Below are positions 10,819 to 23,853 of a stretch of 64,000 bases of DNA, piece by piece. This DNA comes from Zygnema circumcarinatum SAG 698-1b (Eukaryota > Plantae > Zygnematophyceae): NCBI GenBank assembly GCA_037447605.1, contig CM074804.1, positions 5,185,909 through 5,249,908 of the forward strand, given 5' to 3'. The stretch's first letter is position 1. Each line of letters opens with the position of its first letter. The position numbers were made by a program, and so were the translations under genes. Below the pieces are notes generated by a model. The model did not search any database and had not been told where the DNA came from. It was given only the letters and a program-made list of their open reading frames with translations.

Positions 10819-13800
10819 ATGGCGACCAAGCCCGGTGTTCTGTATGACTGGCCATGGGAGAGCCTCGGGAACTTCAAGGCAGGGCTGCGAATCCTCCCAG
10901 CTTTGACGATTTGGAGGCAGTGAATGCTGGATAGTGAGAGATGAGATATGGTTTGCTTGACTAGGAGGACAAAAGATGAAGATAGAGAGGGACGCTGTCG
11001 TGTTTTCGAGGAGAAGATTGGCCGGATGTGTCTGGCTGCTAGTTTGAAGTAGGAGATCGAGTATAGTATAAGGATTCTTGCTGCAGAAGTAAATGGGAGT
11101 CTGGATATTGGATGAGTTTGAATTGTTGGTGTGGTAAAAGTCAAGGAAGAATCTTGTGTGGAGCAATGGTGAAAAAGTGGATCATATCTCAGAGGCTTAG
11201 TTAAACTAGACAGAAGTGTAGAATACGCAGCTTCTTTGCAAGATGGTAGTAAGGTTGAGGTGACGGAGCAATTTTCTCAATCGAGATTTTTTTGTCAGCA
11301 CAACCGGCTGACTCCTTGACTACAGCAGAGAGCTGCCTGCTGAGATCATATTGAGAAATGAGCCAGTCCTTTCCAAATGGGGTCGCATTTCCAGCAGATA
11401 TCCTCATTGTAGAAAACCCTTGTTTCTTATAATTGATTCTGATTGGACATTGCATTCGTGTAGCTTCAATGATAAGGCTCAGCTGGCTTATCCCATTGTT
11501 AATACTCCCCGACAAACGGATGACTGCTGCAGTATGCCATTTTTGCACCCTTTGTCGCCAAGGCGATCCATGCGAATTTTCTTGGAGGCCATGACGTGGA
11601 CAACTGGTGTTTTCATGTCATTTTCGCATCCGTTTTAAGACTTCTTCACGGACAAGTGTGGATGACTCTCTCCCGCTGGCGTTACTTGGTGGACAAGCAC
11701 GAAATTCAAACAAAGGGCATTGCATTTGACCAGGTTGATCGTGAAGAGCGCTGGTAAGGCCGACCTTAGGCGATTTATTCCCATTATATGCACGTATGTT
11801 TTTCGTTATCTTCTTCTTTTCTTTGATAGTTTTTTTGTCTTTTGTTCCATGTCTTGGTTTTTTAAAGGTTGCGAGAACTGTCTGGAACCTGTGCCACGAT
11901 ACAATGTGGACATGACCACTTACTGAATGTGCATACAGCTCAGTACGTAATGTTAGTTGGCGCCCGTAGCAGGATGTTTTTTCTATTCAAAATTGGTAGT
12001 AAACTGTGTCCGAGGTTACAGACTTGATGGTCAAGCTGGTTCACTAACATTTTGGTTGGGTCCTCAGGGATGACTACATCATCCTCCATGTCCTGGTGGC
12101 AACTGCGGTGCACGCCATCCTTCCCGGATTCAGTAATTTTCCTCTCTACGATGGCTGGGGTCTTGTAATGCTCGTGTTACTACACATGGGCCCAACTGAG
12201 TTTGTTTATTACTGGGCTCATCGTGCTCTTCATCACCACTATCTTTATACGCGCTACCATTCTCATCACCATGCGTCATTCATCACGGAGCCTGTTACAG
12301 GTGATGCACAGCTTCTTTGCTGCAACAGCAGTTCAAGCCATAGGCTGCTTGAGTGCGCTCATTCTTCAACAGAGTTGATTCCTAAGCAAACATAAAACGT
12401 GTACAAGCTCAATTCGGACTCGTTTGAGCGTATTCCATGTCATCCGAAAAATGCATTCACAGGAGGTAGATATTGGATTATTTGTTGGATTTTCTCGTTC
12501 CATCAGTATTTCGGTACTCGACTGGAGGTGAGTAGTAGCAAATGGGCAGATCAGTGGTAAGTGGAAACAGAGGGCTGACTTCGTTCAGGGTTTCATGCAG
12601 GCTCCGTGCATCCATTCGCTGAACATGTGCTGTATACGGCTATGTTTGCGATCCCTTTGCTGGGGACATGGATGCTCGGGGGAGGGTCAATGGCTATGTT
12701 CTATGTGTACTGGATTGGCTTCGACTTTTTCAATGCGATTGGCCATTGCAATTGGGAATTCTTCCCGTCCTGGGTGCTGAAATCCTTTCCTTTCATCAAG
12801 TACCTGGTATACACACCATCGTAAGTTTTGTGACTTTCTTATGGATAAGAAAATGAAATCGTAGGCATTCTTAAGTAAATGCCTTGCAATTGCTTGCTGC
12901 TGCCATCTTTTCTTCTAAGTTAATTTTGGACATTCTAAAGATATTACTTGTAAGCGAATTTGTGTATTTGTACATGTAGATGTGTGGTGTAGATGCAGAG
13001 TAATTATATCACTAACTATATGTTATATTAATATACTATATTATATTATTTCAGTGGATAAGGCATGGACTCTACTTTCAAGTCGAAAACCATGTTTTAT
13101 CGTGTGCGTAGTTTATCCACGAATGCCTGTTTTAAGCAAGTAAAGGAGTACACAGCTCTCAGAGGGCGTACTCCCTCTCCAACCATTTTTCTTTTGTCCC
13201 ACAAAGACTGACTCAAACTCTCTGTGTCTCAGATACCATTCTCTGCATCATTCTCAGGTGCATACCAATTTTGCACTTTTTATGCCCTTATACGACTACT
13301 TAGGAGGTACGGTGGATCCGATGTCAGATTTGCTTCATACCTCTGTCCGCAAAGGTGAGAGCCCTTCCTTCATCAGAACGAGCAAGCCAACAGTTTTGGC
13401 CGATGAGATGAGGAGCTGCGCTGTTTGTCGATGCCTTGAGATTTCATTTCTGCTAGGAACAGCAAATGACTTCATAGCTCTTCATGATGAAATGATGTTG
13501 TCTGTTTCTTTCATTAGCATTGCTCAGCCGTCTTGGCAACATTGAAGCCGCTGTCTCGCCCTAAACTCATGCTTTGGCTGCTATAGTAGTTGTGAAATAG
13601 CAATGTTGCGAGTCAACCACAGGAATCGAAACTTCAGGCCCTCGGTGTATTTGATGACTCCATGCTGCAGGTCGTACCACCCAACCGGAGTTTGTGTTTC
13701 TTGCCCATGGCACGGAGTTACTTTCTCTTTTTCACCTTCCGTTCGGTATTCCATCCTTTGCTTCCCGGCCGTATGCCCCAACGATGCTAATGTACTTGCT

Positions 13801-16177
13801 GTGGCCGCTGACTGTTCCCGCCCTCGCGCTCATCTGGCTATTTGGAAGAGTCTTCGTCTCCGATAAGTACACTCTCGATGGACTGCGTATGCAGACTTGG
13901 GTGGTGCCGCGGTTTGGATTCCAGGTGAGCAACAATTGGCTTCTCCTCCGTTCCTTAATGCCTGCACCATCCACTTGTGTCAATATGACCGGGATTGAGG
14001 CGGCAAACGCTTGCGGCACAGAGCTTGCATTTCGTTTGAAATAAACCACAAGTCTGTGGAACGTACTGAGTATACCAGTTCAGGTGTTGGCTACTATATA
14101 TAGCAGGCCAGAAATTTTACCAAAGCATGAGGTGCGCCTAACTCTAGCCAGAGTACTGCAAGTTGAGCGCAGTAGGAGGATGATGCAAAACCTCTAGAGG
14201 TATACCAGACAGCGGGCGTTATGTGTGAGGAAATGCTCAAAATCTAGACTCATAAGGTTTTGTTGTTCAATCTACATTGGCTGGTTTTCAAATAGAAGGG
14301 AACGTTTTTAAGAGTAGCATGAAAAACATAAATATTCGCTTACAACAATAATAATTGTACAAAAATGATGGTAACCATCGTCGTTTCACTTCATGTACCT
14401 TGTGACTGGGTGTGCGTGGAGGTTAGCCGATCGGAATGTGGTGTGGTTCTAACTGTTCATTATTCTAGGAATAATTTGAACCTGTTGTGTGTGAGAGTAG
14501 CCCATATCAAGTCTCATTGTGATGGCTATTTGCTCCTTGGGTGAAACAGTATTTCCTCCCATCTGAAAAGAAAAGTATCAATAAGCACATTGAGCGAGCC
14601 ATCCTTGATGCTGATCGAATGGGCGTCAAAGTCTTCACTTTAGGAGCACTTAACAAGGTATGAAACCATTCATACTTTTATACGTGTCTCGTAATGAAGT
14701 GGAGGCAGCAGATTAACTCGAATGCACTCTTACCCTAGACATGTGAAATTGCTGCCTTGATTTCTCTAAAAAGGTTGTTTTTTGCTGCAGAATGAAAGCC
14801 TAAATGGAGGTGGTACTTATTTTGTTGAGAAAAACAAGAACCTAAGAGTTCGTGTGGCCCATGGGAACACGCTAACAGCTGCTGTTGTATTGAGGGAACT
14901 ACCTCCGGAGACAAAGGAAATTTTTCTGACAGGAGCCACATCAAAGCTTGGTCGCGCGATTGCATTGTATCTTTGCCAAAAAGGAGTTAGAGTAATGGTA
15001 TGGTTCATGTCCCGGAATCTCTCATTGAATCCGTATGCGTTGTAGCGGCTTCAATACACAAAGTAGAATGTGACATCCTGCTCTCCTGCTCTTGCTCGCC
15101 CTGTCACACGCAACTTATTGATTGAGAATTCTTAAGAAATCTCATGGCTGCTGCATCCACTTCACAGAGAGAGGTACTTGTTCTATGTTCCTCAGGGCTG
15201 GTTCGATGTTCGTTGTGCAGATGCTTACAACATCCGTGGAGCGCTTCAATGCCATTCGAGAGGAAGCAGACCCTGGAAAGCGTCACTTGCTTGTTCGAGC
15301 AGAGAAGTACTCCGAAGGAGCAAGTTGCAAGGCACAATTTCACGCTCTCTTCCTTCTCAGTGCCTTTTGGTGCCGAGCTGCTTCATCAAGAATAGCTGTT
15401 TATCGATGAGAGTAGAAATGGGCGTTCCTTCCATCACGCAATGCTTGTTAACCCTGTTCTGACGCTTTGGATTTTGACTGAAATGCAGACTTGGGTGATT
15501 GGTAAGTGGATGAAGCCGGCGGAGCAGGATTGCGCTCCTCCAGGGACACATTTCCATCAGTATGTGGTGCCTCCTATTGCTGAAACGCGGAAAGACTGCA
15601 CCTACGGCAAACTGGCAGCAATGCGTCTTCCAAAGAGCATACAGGGATTGAGGACTTGTGAGGTAAGCCTCACATTCAGGATGTGCCCGTTTCACGCTTC
15701 ATGGCTGCTTTATTGAAGGTAGTTGTTTGTGAGAGCAGCAACATTCGAATTGAATGCCAGCAGTCTTTCCTCTTTGTCCTCGAGGGGGCAACACTATGGG
15801 ACATGCCATACCATGCCATGCTAGTTTTACTCCAAGCAGTAGCAAAGATCCAAAAAAATTGAGACCCAGGTGATGAAAAGAACTCTGGAATGCTTCGCAG
15901 CCTATTCATGAGTGACAGATTAGGATACCACGTGTTCACGTGTGCCACGTGTTCACGTGTGCCACGTGTTCGTTGTCTGCTCTCAGTTGGCAACTGACAG
16001 GACGTTGTCTCCATTTGACAGATGACCATGCAGAGGGGTTGTGTCCACGCGTGCCACGCTGGGGGCCTGGTGCACGCGCTGGAAGGGTGGGACTTCCACG
16101 AGGTCGGCGCCATAGACCATACGCGCATCGATGCCGTGTGGGATGCCGCTATGAGGCATGGCTTCCAAGCTGTATAG
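10819..16177 (+). CDS. CER1/3: ECERIFERUM CER1/CER3-family very-long-chain alkane biosynthesis protein, 621 aa, 11 exons
   Basis: Exons 10819-10878, 11533-11753, 12068-12300, 12601-12820, 13233-13354, 13671-13924, 14550-14657, 14791-14997, 15221-15331, 15489-15662, 16022-16177. [13 protein letters not shown] start, His boxes [33 protein letters not shown] and LEGW. Confidence 0.95.
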
Positions 16178-16663
16178 TTATCCGAATGGGGACCATCCAA
16201 GCGTGAGGCCGAGAGGCTTACGCAAAGTTTTTGAAGTATTCATTGGATGAGAAAGTCTGACTGGCGATGTTTTTTGGGCAGTGAATTCTCTCATTCTCCG
16301 TTTTCAGTTAGACCCGAGGATTTGTACGATACGGATTTTGTAGCGTTCACTAGTGCTTCGACAGCTGTCCTCCCCAAGGTTTAACATTAATTTTGAGGAA
16401 TCGAATCCTGGAGCAAATGTTAACTGTCTCTAAAAGCTCCGTCTGTGACGACGAACATTGATCGTGCCCTATAAACATCATGCTTGAAATTGATTGAGAA
16501 ACAAGGGACAAGTACGCTCAGCAAAGTGACATGTAATGTTAACTACTTATCAAGCAAAAAATATCTCTGAATAGCAAACTGAGTATACCAGTTGGTCCCC
16601 AATTTGACGAAAAATCACAAATAAATTGCAAACGAAGAAGCACCGCACAACCAGGCAGACGCT

Positions 16664-19600
16664 TCAGCAGGCACATGTCCTGTCAGACGTGACGTTGAGC
16701 TTCACCATGCCGGGCGATATGCCTGGCTTGAACTCCTGCACTAAGGCCGCATGACGGAGGGCTTGAGCCATCCAGCATAGGATGTCCTCCTGACGCAGCC
16801 GCTCCCAGTAGAACTTGAAACCTTCCTCTGCAATCTTTCTTGACTCCCTCTCGTGGCTTTTTGCCCACTCAATTTTCTGAAAAAAAAAAGTACAATTCGT
16901 TAATTTTGACTGAGTAGAAGTATCGCGACAGCCATGCCCCTCACCATAACCAGCGTTAAAGACATGCACATTGATTCAGGGAGCTTGCGTATTCACTCAC
17001 CTGTGTAAGGTCTTGGAGATTGTAATCCACCTGTAAGGAGTTCACCCCGTGTTTAAGCTCGTCGTAAAAGTATTCCTCGTAAGGGGAGGTCTGCTTTACG
17101 AGCAAGCTGCCACCCGCCATGAGAAACGAAGTCCGGTAGGGTGCTGAGAACCCATCCATATCAAGCGCATATTTGAACTCCCACGGCCGTTCCTTCGGAT
17201 CCGATTTAGTCTCGACAGTAAGGTTGTGCTTTTCAACCCACGCCTTCGCCTCATCAGAGACTTTATCGGCAATACTCAAACATATTTTGACGTCGAGAAG
17301 GTCAGGTCGCTGCTGTGACATCAACGCCGCACGGAACCGAGGATGAAAAGGGATATAGTCGGGGTGTTCCATGCGCTCATCCCCAGTATTGGCACCACGG
17401 AAGTAGGCCTTTGGTATGCGTTCATCCCATGCCTTCGCCTTGCATACACTGCGGAGAGCAGCACCACTGAAGGCCTCCTTGATGTGGTCTGCAACCGGCA
17501 TGGGAATGTCACTATGCATCGGATCGGTTGTAAAACTAAAGAGAGGCGGTCCTACTCTGATGTGTGACATTTGAGGCCAGTCCGAATTGTGAGCATAAAA
17601 TTCCACATCCGGCAGCTTCACCTTGTGCACAACGGAGGTGAGCAGCCTCTCAAACGTGGGCCAACTCCATGCCCATGGCCCATCTGTATGGCGATAATAG
17701 ATCTCGTTCTTTAGTATGGCGATATGGGTAGCCTGCAGATCCCACCAGCAGGCAAGGCTGACTGAGTAAGAGTGCTCTTACGAAGGAAGGAGCTTTTTGT
17801 AATAGGGAAGTGACAGCCAAGAGAACGAGAAAGAGAGCTTTACCAGCTTTAACTGGATTACTCTATATTGCAAAGCAACGCTCCAGTAGGAAAAACTTTT
17901 CTGGTCTACCATAGCTATAAGTTGGCGATAATCCATGACAAGGGATTATGAAGAACAAACGATAAAATCAATCTCAAATTATTTAAGTTGCACAACCGAC
18001 GAGCAATTAATACTTCTTTATCAGAAAACTCAATTGCAAGTTGCCTGCAACTTTGCTGCATGGCAGAGCTCAAATGTAAACAAACAATATGAACACAAGC
18101 CGATCATGTTTGGGGGAACAGGTACTTTCTCTCAATACACACGTCAATGACTTTTGAGAAGGACTAGAGTCTGCAGGAAGAAGACTCGTCAATCCCGAGG
18201 TGGTCCCACAAGAACCCGAAATATTAGTTTCCGGTATTGAAGCACGATTTCCGTTCGCAGCAAGAATGAAACCAAATGATTCCGCTCATCAACAAGAAAG
18301 AGATCTGATCAAACAGCTTACCGTTCCTGGAGGACGATGTTCCCAAAAATCATCCATGATTTTGCGAGTGACGGATCGTGGCAACCATCGTGCAAACAGC
18401 TTCTTTAATCTAGCTGCGTCTGCCACGCAAAGCAAGATTGATAAGTCCCACGACCATTGCCTATCCCTCCTTTCGTTCTTGAAAAATCCTTCCGCATATA
18501 TTGCAATATCAATCGCTTCAAGGAAATAAAGGTTTCTGTGGTTCTGTACACTATAGCGGGCGACTGCCATCTCAAAGCGAGTTCTGGAGAAAATGCGTTA
18601 ACAAGGGCTAAAGATTTCCGATCATTTCCGAATCACCGAAACAGAAGCCTGCTATGAGAAAACTCGTTGAATCGCATATCTTCCTGCTTTTTCTGGTACT
18701 TTGAAAGATTACAGAGATACAGCTTCGCAATAATTAAAAGTGCGTACTCATTCAAAATGCTCAGTATGTAACAGCTGACTCTTGTTTCCACCAGTTTCAT
18801 GTTGTGACCAAGCTCTCCCAACATCTATGAATTTCAAATCAACAGATAAAATGATCTCCCATCTTTGTCCTATCATCTCCTATAGTTGGCCTGCAGTAGA
18901 TGCAAATGAAGTCAGAAGATGCTGCCGTGCTTATGCCTGGTTACGCATGTTCCTTTTCTCTACGCATCTCTTATTCTTCGACGATGCCTGCAGTTTGTTT
19001 CCTTGCTGATCTTGCACAGGTGAGTGGTCCTTTAATACAGAGGAAGTCAATTTTGCATGGATTTGAATGGTGTTTTCACGGAAGACCCCCAATCCCAGAA
19101 CCACTTGAGGATTCTCACCTTGTTGCCCACATCCATACTCATGGGTGAAAGTCCTAAACGGTAAGGGACACTTGCAGCCATCTAGCCGAGCTTTGAAGGT
19201 ACCAACTTCGACTCCTTTATAAAGTATCCTGTAACGGTAGAACAGGAGAGATTTGCATCATGATCAAAATCACGTCATGATCATCATTCAATCAACATAA
19301 TACATCATACAATTGTTGTTTGCTGTGTCTATATATGCATTAACTTGCATTCTTCCTGCCAAGAGAATTGCTGAGAATGAGGCCAAGTCTCACTCAACCA
19401 CAAACACCCGTTGGTGTCAGGCAGGGGAACGACACCTGGCAGGTCCTTCAATCTTAGGTTGAAAACTGTAGATGTGGGGCCCCATTCCAAGGACCTGCCC
19501 GTGACGCGTCAGAACAACAGGGCCGGCCGGATCTTCAAGCGACAAATCTTTATCTGCTGGGTGGCAGAACCATTGGAAGGGAAGAGGAACATTGAGAGGC

Positions 19601-21087
19601 TTCCATCGACAAGGGAAAAGGCCGCCATATTTACTCAAAATGCTGTCCCCTCCTATCTGCCAAAAAACAAGCAATAAGAAAATGAAAACATACGGAGAAA
19701 GTTAAAACCTGAAGGCTAAGCTATGTCTTTCACATTTTAAGAGAAGGATGCGCCTCACTGTCTTGCGTACACAACTCTTAGAAATAACCTTTCCTCCATG
19801 TGCGCATAGCAGCAGTACTTTCCTGTGAAAGAAGGCTTCCTACAAATACAGAACAGGAGTTGTAAGGTGATTTACAGACTCGATTCTGCTGTCTTTAATA
19901 CATGCACCATTCACGTTCCTAAAGTTGCAGTTGTAAGCGTAAGTATTAGCTTGCTCAGTGTACAGAAATGTAGACATGACATGGAATAGAATGTAAATGA
20001 ATCAGATGCATATCTTATCAAATCGCAACCACTAAGACTAACAAAAGAACTCTTCAAATTTGCCTTATATAATTTACGAGGTACAAACTCCGATGACTAC
20101 GCCTTTTTCCCCGACTTTACTCTTTTATTTTTCTCGTCCTTCCCCACGGAATTTTCTCATGCACAACCCTTTTGTTCCTTCTCGTTTTTCACTCTCTTCT
20201 TTCCATAATTCTTTTTCGTCTTCTCACTATTTAATGTTGTTTCTAACTTATTGTGGCTAACTGCCTCTACGACTGAAACAAAAAAATCAGTGGAAATAAC
20301 AGCCTTCGTCCTTATGCTGGCCTACCGTCATATCTGTCAATTGACCAATCACCAAAGAGTCCATAAAGTTCCCATAGTAGATGATTAAAACGACTTGGGA
20401 TCACTAAATAAAGGTGAGCGGCCCTTTCCATATCATTAACTCGGGCAACAACTCGTCCGTTAAGTTGTGTGTGTCCACAAGGAAAATCCAAGCGCTCTTC
20501 ATGTCAACTCTAAAACTAAAAAAAATGACTTACGTCCGCCTTCTCTTGCCAAATAAAACAAAGCATTTAATATGAAACTATGTGCAAAAACCGCAACATT
20601 CCAACTGCGCTGCTTTCTCGCCACCCTTACATGAATATCTCACCGATCTTTGCTGCTTTTTCCGTCGCAAACGCGTGGAGATTCCTTTATTTCCGTCCAG
20701 AAACTTGTCCATGTCCGATACCCACGACCGCCGCCGGCCGCGTCCGACAGAAGCCAGCCCTCTGCGACTTGCCAGCGCAGCGCCTTCCTCAGTCGCAGCA
20801 TTTCCAGCTGCAGATGCGACGCCTTCCGATACTTCCAAAGCAGGACTGCTCCGTACGGCCGTGCAAGTCAGCTGATCACCCATTCCACCCCAGCAGAAAA
20901 TTGCTCAGCAAAAGCATTTCTGGCGATATGCGTGCATCCGTGCGCGAACAGTGCAGGAAAGACGCAGCGTTACAGCGCGAGAGGGACAGGCCCTTACTGC
21001 CAACAACAGCAGGAGAGCGGCCCAGCGGGAGGCGAGCGGGCCCCTGCGGCAGAGCCCCCAGCGGGAGCGCGGGAAGGCGGCCTCCAT
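16664..21087 (-). CDS. GT90/CAP10-family glycosyltransferase, about 563 aa, 7 exons
   Basis: Exons 21087-20998, 20871-20644, 19656-19436, 19228-19119, 18419-18322, 17732-17001, 16876-16664, phase-consistent. LPDVEFY..SDWP, AYFRGANTG and KYALDMDGFSAPYR. The first three exons are less certain. Confidence 0.85.
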
Positions 21088-21350
21088 GGCCAGGGCCGGC
21101 CTGCATGCCTTCCTCGCCTCGCCGAGTGGCCATGTAATGTATCTATGTGTGGCTCCGCCCGCCCGCCCTCACGCCGTACATCCTACCGTACAAGCCTGCC
21201 TCGTTTCCAGCGCGGAGGGTTTGGCTTGGCGGCACGGCACGGTACGGTACCGTACGGCACGGTACGAAACTGGCGATTTTCAAATTTGGCGCGAATGTGA
21301 GGGGCGCGCTCCCGCCTGCCCAGCCCGCCCCCGCCCGCGATTGGCCGCGC

Positions 21351-21356
21351 TTATAA
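21351..21356 (+). promoter_or_regulatory. TATA box of the microprotein gene
   Basis: TTATAA just downstream of GATTGG (reverse CCAAT), 170 nt before the ATG at 21521. Confidence 0.5.
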
Positions 21357-21520
21357 GGAGGGGAGGCGGAGGCGGAGGGCGGTCTAAGGAGGCGAGAGCT
21401 TAGGGCGGTCGGCACTGCAGCAGGGAGGCAGCGAACTGACTCCAGGGTGGCAAGGAGGCTCTCCTGCAGCCCGCGCCTACCGCGCCGCCCTGTCTTGCTT
21501 TGTGAAACTAGGGCGCAGCC

Positions 21521-22159
21521 ATGAGCGGAGAGAAGGTCTACCAACAGGGCAAGAACTGGACCAGCGAGGGGGGGCAGTACCGCAATGGACACGGGCAACC
21601 AATTTCTGCACCGGTGCGTGATTGCTGTGGATTATCGTGCACTCCTTTTATTCCCTTATGGATGTGCTGATGTAGGGGCTTTCGGTATGGATGTCCATTT
21701 TGCAGAGTGCGTACTTCAATGCTGTGAGCGGAAACAACCACGGGTACAACACCGGCTACGCGAACGGAGTTGGACAGCCCATTAACAATCCGTCTTCCTA
21801 TTTCAAGGTGATGCTTCCAGCCATGCTCCCGGTCCTGCTCCTGGCTTCTACTCTCTCCATGCAGCTCTTTCCTCCATGCTGCAATAATTCCAGTACAACG
21901 TGGCCATCACTAACAGAAGGTTTTTACGCCAGGTCTAATGTTTTTCCTTTTTTTACGACGATGAGTCTGGTTTTACTGATCTGGTTCCAATTGTTTTTCT
22001 GCAGAGCGTTGCCGAGGACCGCTATGGGTGAGTGCTGCACCTTTCTTCTTGAGATGTGATTAGTGTATCTGATTTGCATGCTGAGCTTCAGTTTACGTCC
22101 TAGTTTCTGTTTTCTTTTGCAGATACAACGGCAGCTCCAACAACAACGCCAAGAAATGA
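21521..22159 (+). CDS. 84-aa unknown microprotein with two internal 29-aa-period repeats (4 coding exons)
   Basis: Exons 21521-21613, 21706-21807, 22005-22027, 22123-22159, all GT-AG and in phase, with gccATG context. Protein: MSGEKVYQQGKNWTSEGGQYRNGHGQPISAPSAYFNAVSGNNHGYNTGYANGVGQPINNPSSYFKSVAEDRYGYNGSSNNNAKK. Confidence 0.8.
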
Positions 22160-23308
22160 CTTCAACCTGGAACTTTGAGTGGATACTGTTTCTGGCGTTG
22201 CCTCGCCGTGCACTAAATCTGTTTCGACTAGTATGGAATTTTTGAGGAAGCCGGTTTACAGTGACTACACTGTTGGCAATTTACTGTTGTTTAGTGCTGG
22301 TTTTTAGGGTTTTTAGTGTTTTTTGGCAGGGTGTTTTGGTACGATTCTTTTTTTTGTTTCCTATGAAAGGGATAGACATATATTATATGCGTTATTCGCT
22401 AGCTATATCTTTTTGACTTATAAATTTGAGGGGTTCGAGGGGAAGTGGGGGGTTCGTTCTGAGGTATGGAATTTTGAATCTGCGACGGTTTGGTTCAGTA
22501 TTGGTGGCATCTGTGGTTTGAATGTAGTGGGTTCTCTCCCATTCCGTATATGGATTGATATGAGAAGTACAAAGCTGGAGAACAGTTTGTTTTTTTGGGT
22601 CACTTCCTTTGCAGAAAGGCTCAGGCCATTCAACTTGAATCCTTTTTAAAGTAAAGCTGTTCAGTGAGAGAAACGGCGAATGGCCGATTATAAGCAGCCT
22701 CTAACACATCGACATTTTTAACTACTTCGGTGTGCAACTGGTGCTGCTGTGCACTCTGTGGATATATCAACCGACTTACCGACAGTCCAAACTACTGAGC
22801 GAATTTCTGACCAGATTCATGAGTATAATAAAAACTATATGAGTAAAGCCAAGTGGTTAGTGTTAATTTCTTCCCTCAGGAAAAAAAGATGCTCTGATGA
22901 AATCTAATCAGGGGGAGCAGGCGACAAAGGCTCTGTGGGGAGTGGGAAGAGCTCAGTGGGGGAAGTGAGGGATGATGATGTCAGTAAACGTAGGAAAGTT
23001 GCAATCTTCTCTGCCGCTCCAGAAACCGAGTGGTCGAACCCGTTTCCGTGCGCGCAAAACTGGGCCGTTAATTTTGAACTTGTGAGCGGCTGACGGCTGA
23101 GGGATGTGCTTCAGATACTGCACACATCGCACCAACATAAAGGTAAGTAAAAATCAAAGAAAGTGGCATTGGTTTCACGACGACGACGCCATCATCCTGC
23201 ACACGGCCCAAGGCAATGTTGTAGTACCAGGAGGAAGAAAACTCGTAGGCCCACCACCATCGCGGCTCTAGACCCGCTGCCCGGGCAGGGCAGGGCAGGG
23301 CGTACGTA

Positions 23309-23853
23309 CAGTAGGGGGTCCTCATATTTTCCACCCTGGTTCCGGGCAAAATGAGGCGAAAATATTAAATTTGCATATATAAGGTTCGTGTTACGAATAG
23401 ACGGGCGGTATTATGTTAGAGTTAATGTTGAACCGTACGTATCGTACCGTACCGTATCGTACCGTATCATTTAGAATCGTATCGTATCGTGATATATCGT
23501 GACGCATAAGCGTAGTTTTTAGGACTGTTGTTCGTCTCATTGATGATGCCGTACTACGGATAGTACCGTATCGGGAAGTTTCGTATCGTATTGACGATAT
23601 CGTATCGTATCGTATCGTGTCGAAGTCAAGAAGACGGGGAGAAGAGCGAGCGCCTCTTACGGCGGCACGAGCGGGGAGATTAGGTGAGTTTTGCGTAAGC
23701 CCGTAACGGCTAGTACAGACAGTACGGACAGTACGGACAGTACGAATAGTACGGCTAACACAAGTTACCGTACAAAAAGGTGGTTTCGGCAAAATCGGGG
23801 CGAAAATATTGAGGACGCACTCCTTAGGGTCGTAAATACGAGGACCCCCCACT
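23309..23853. mobile_element. Tc1/mariner-type MITE (545 bp)
   Basis: Left end TA|CAGTAGGGGGTCCTCATATTT; right end in reverse complement TA|CAGTGGGGGTCCTCGTATTT. TA flanks both sides and there is no transposase. Confidence 0.8.

Noticed and set aside
10187-10906. 239-aa Pro/Arg-rich ORF
   Set aside because: It is a stop-poor GC-rich promoter and 5' UTR of CER1/3.
22910-23095. Coding-like fragment (…DDDVSKRRKV…)
   Set aside because: No start, splice context or family match can be supported; it may be TE debris.
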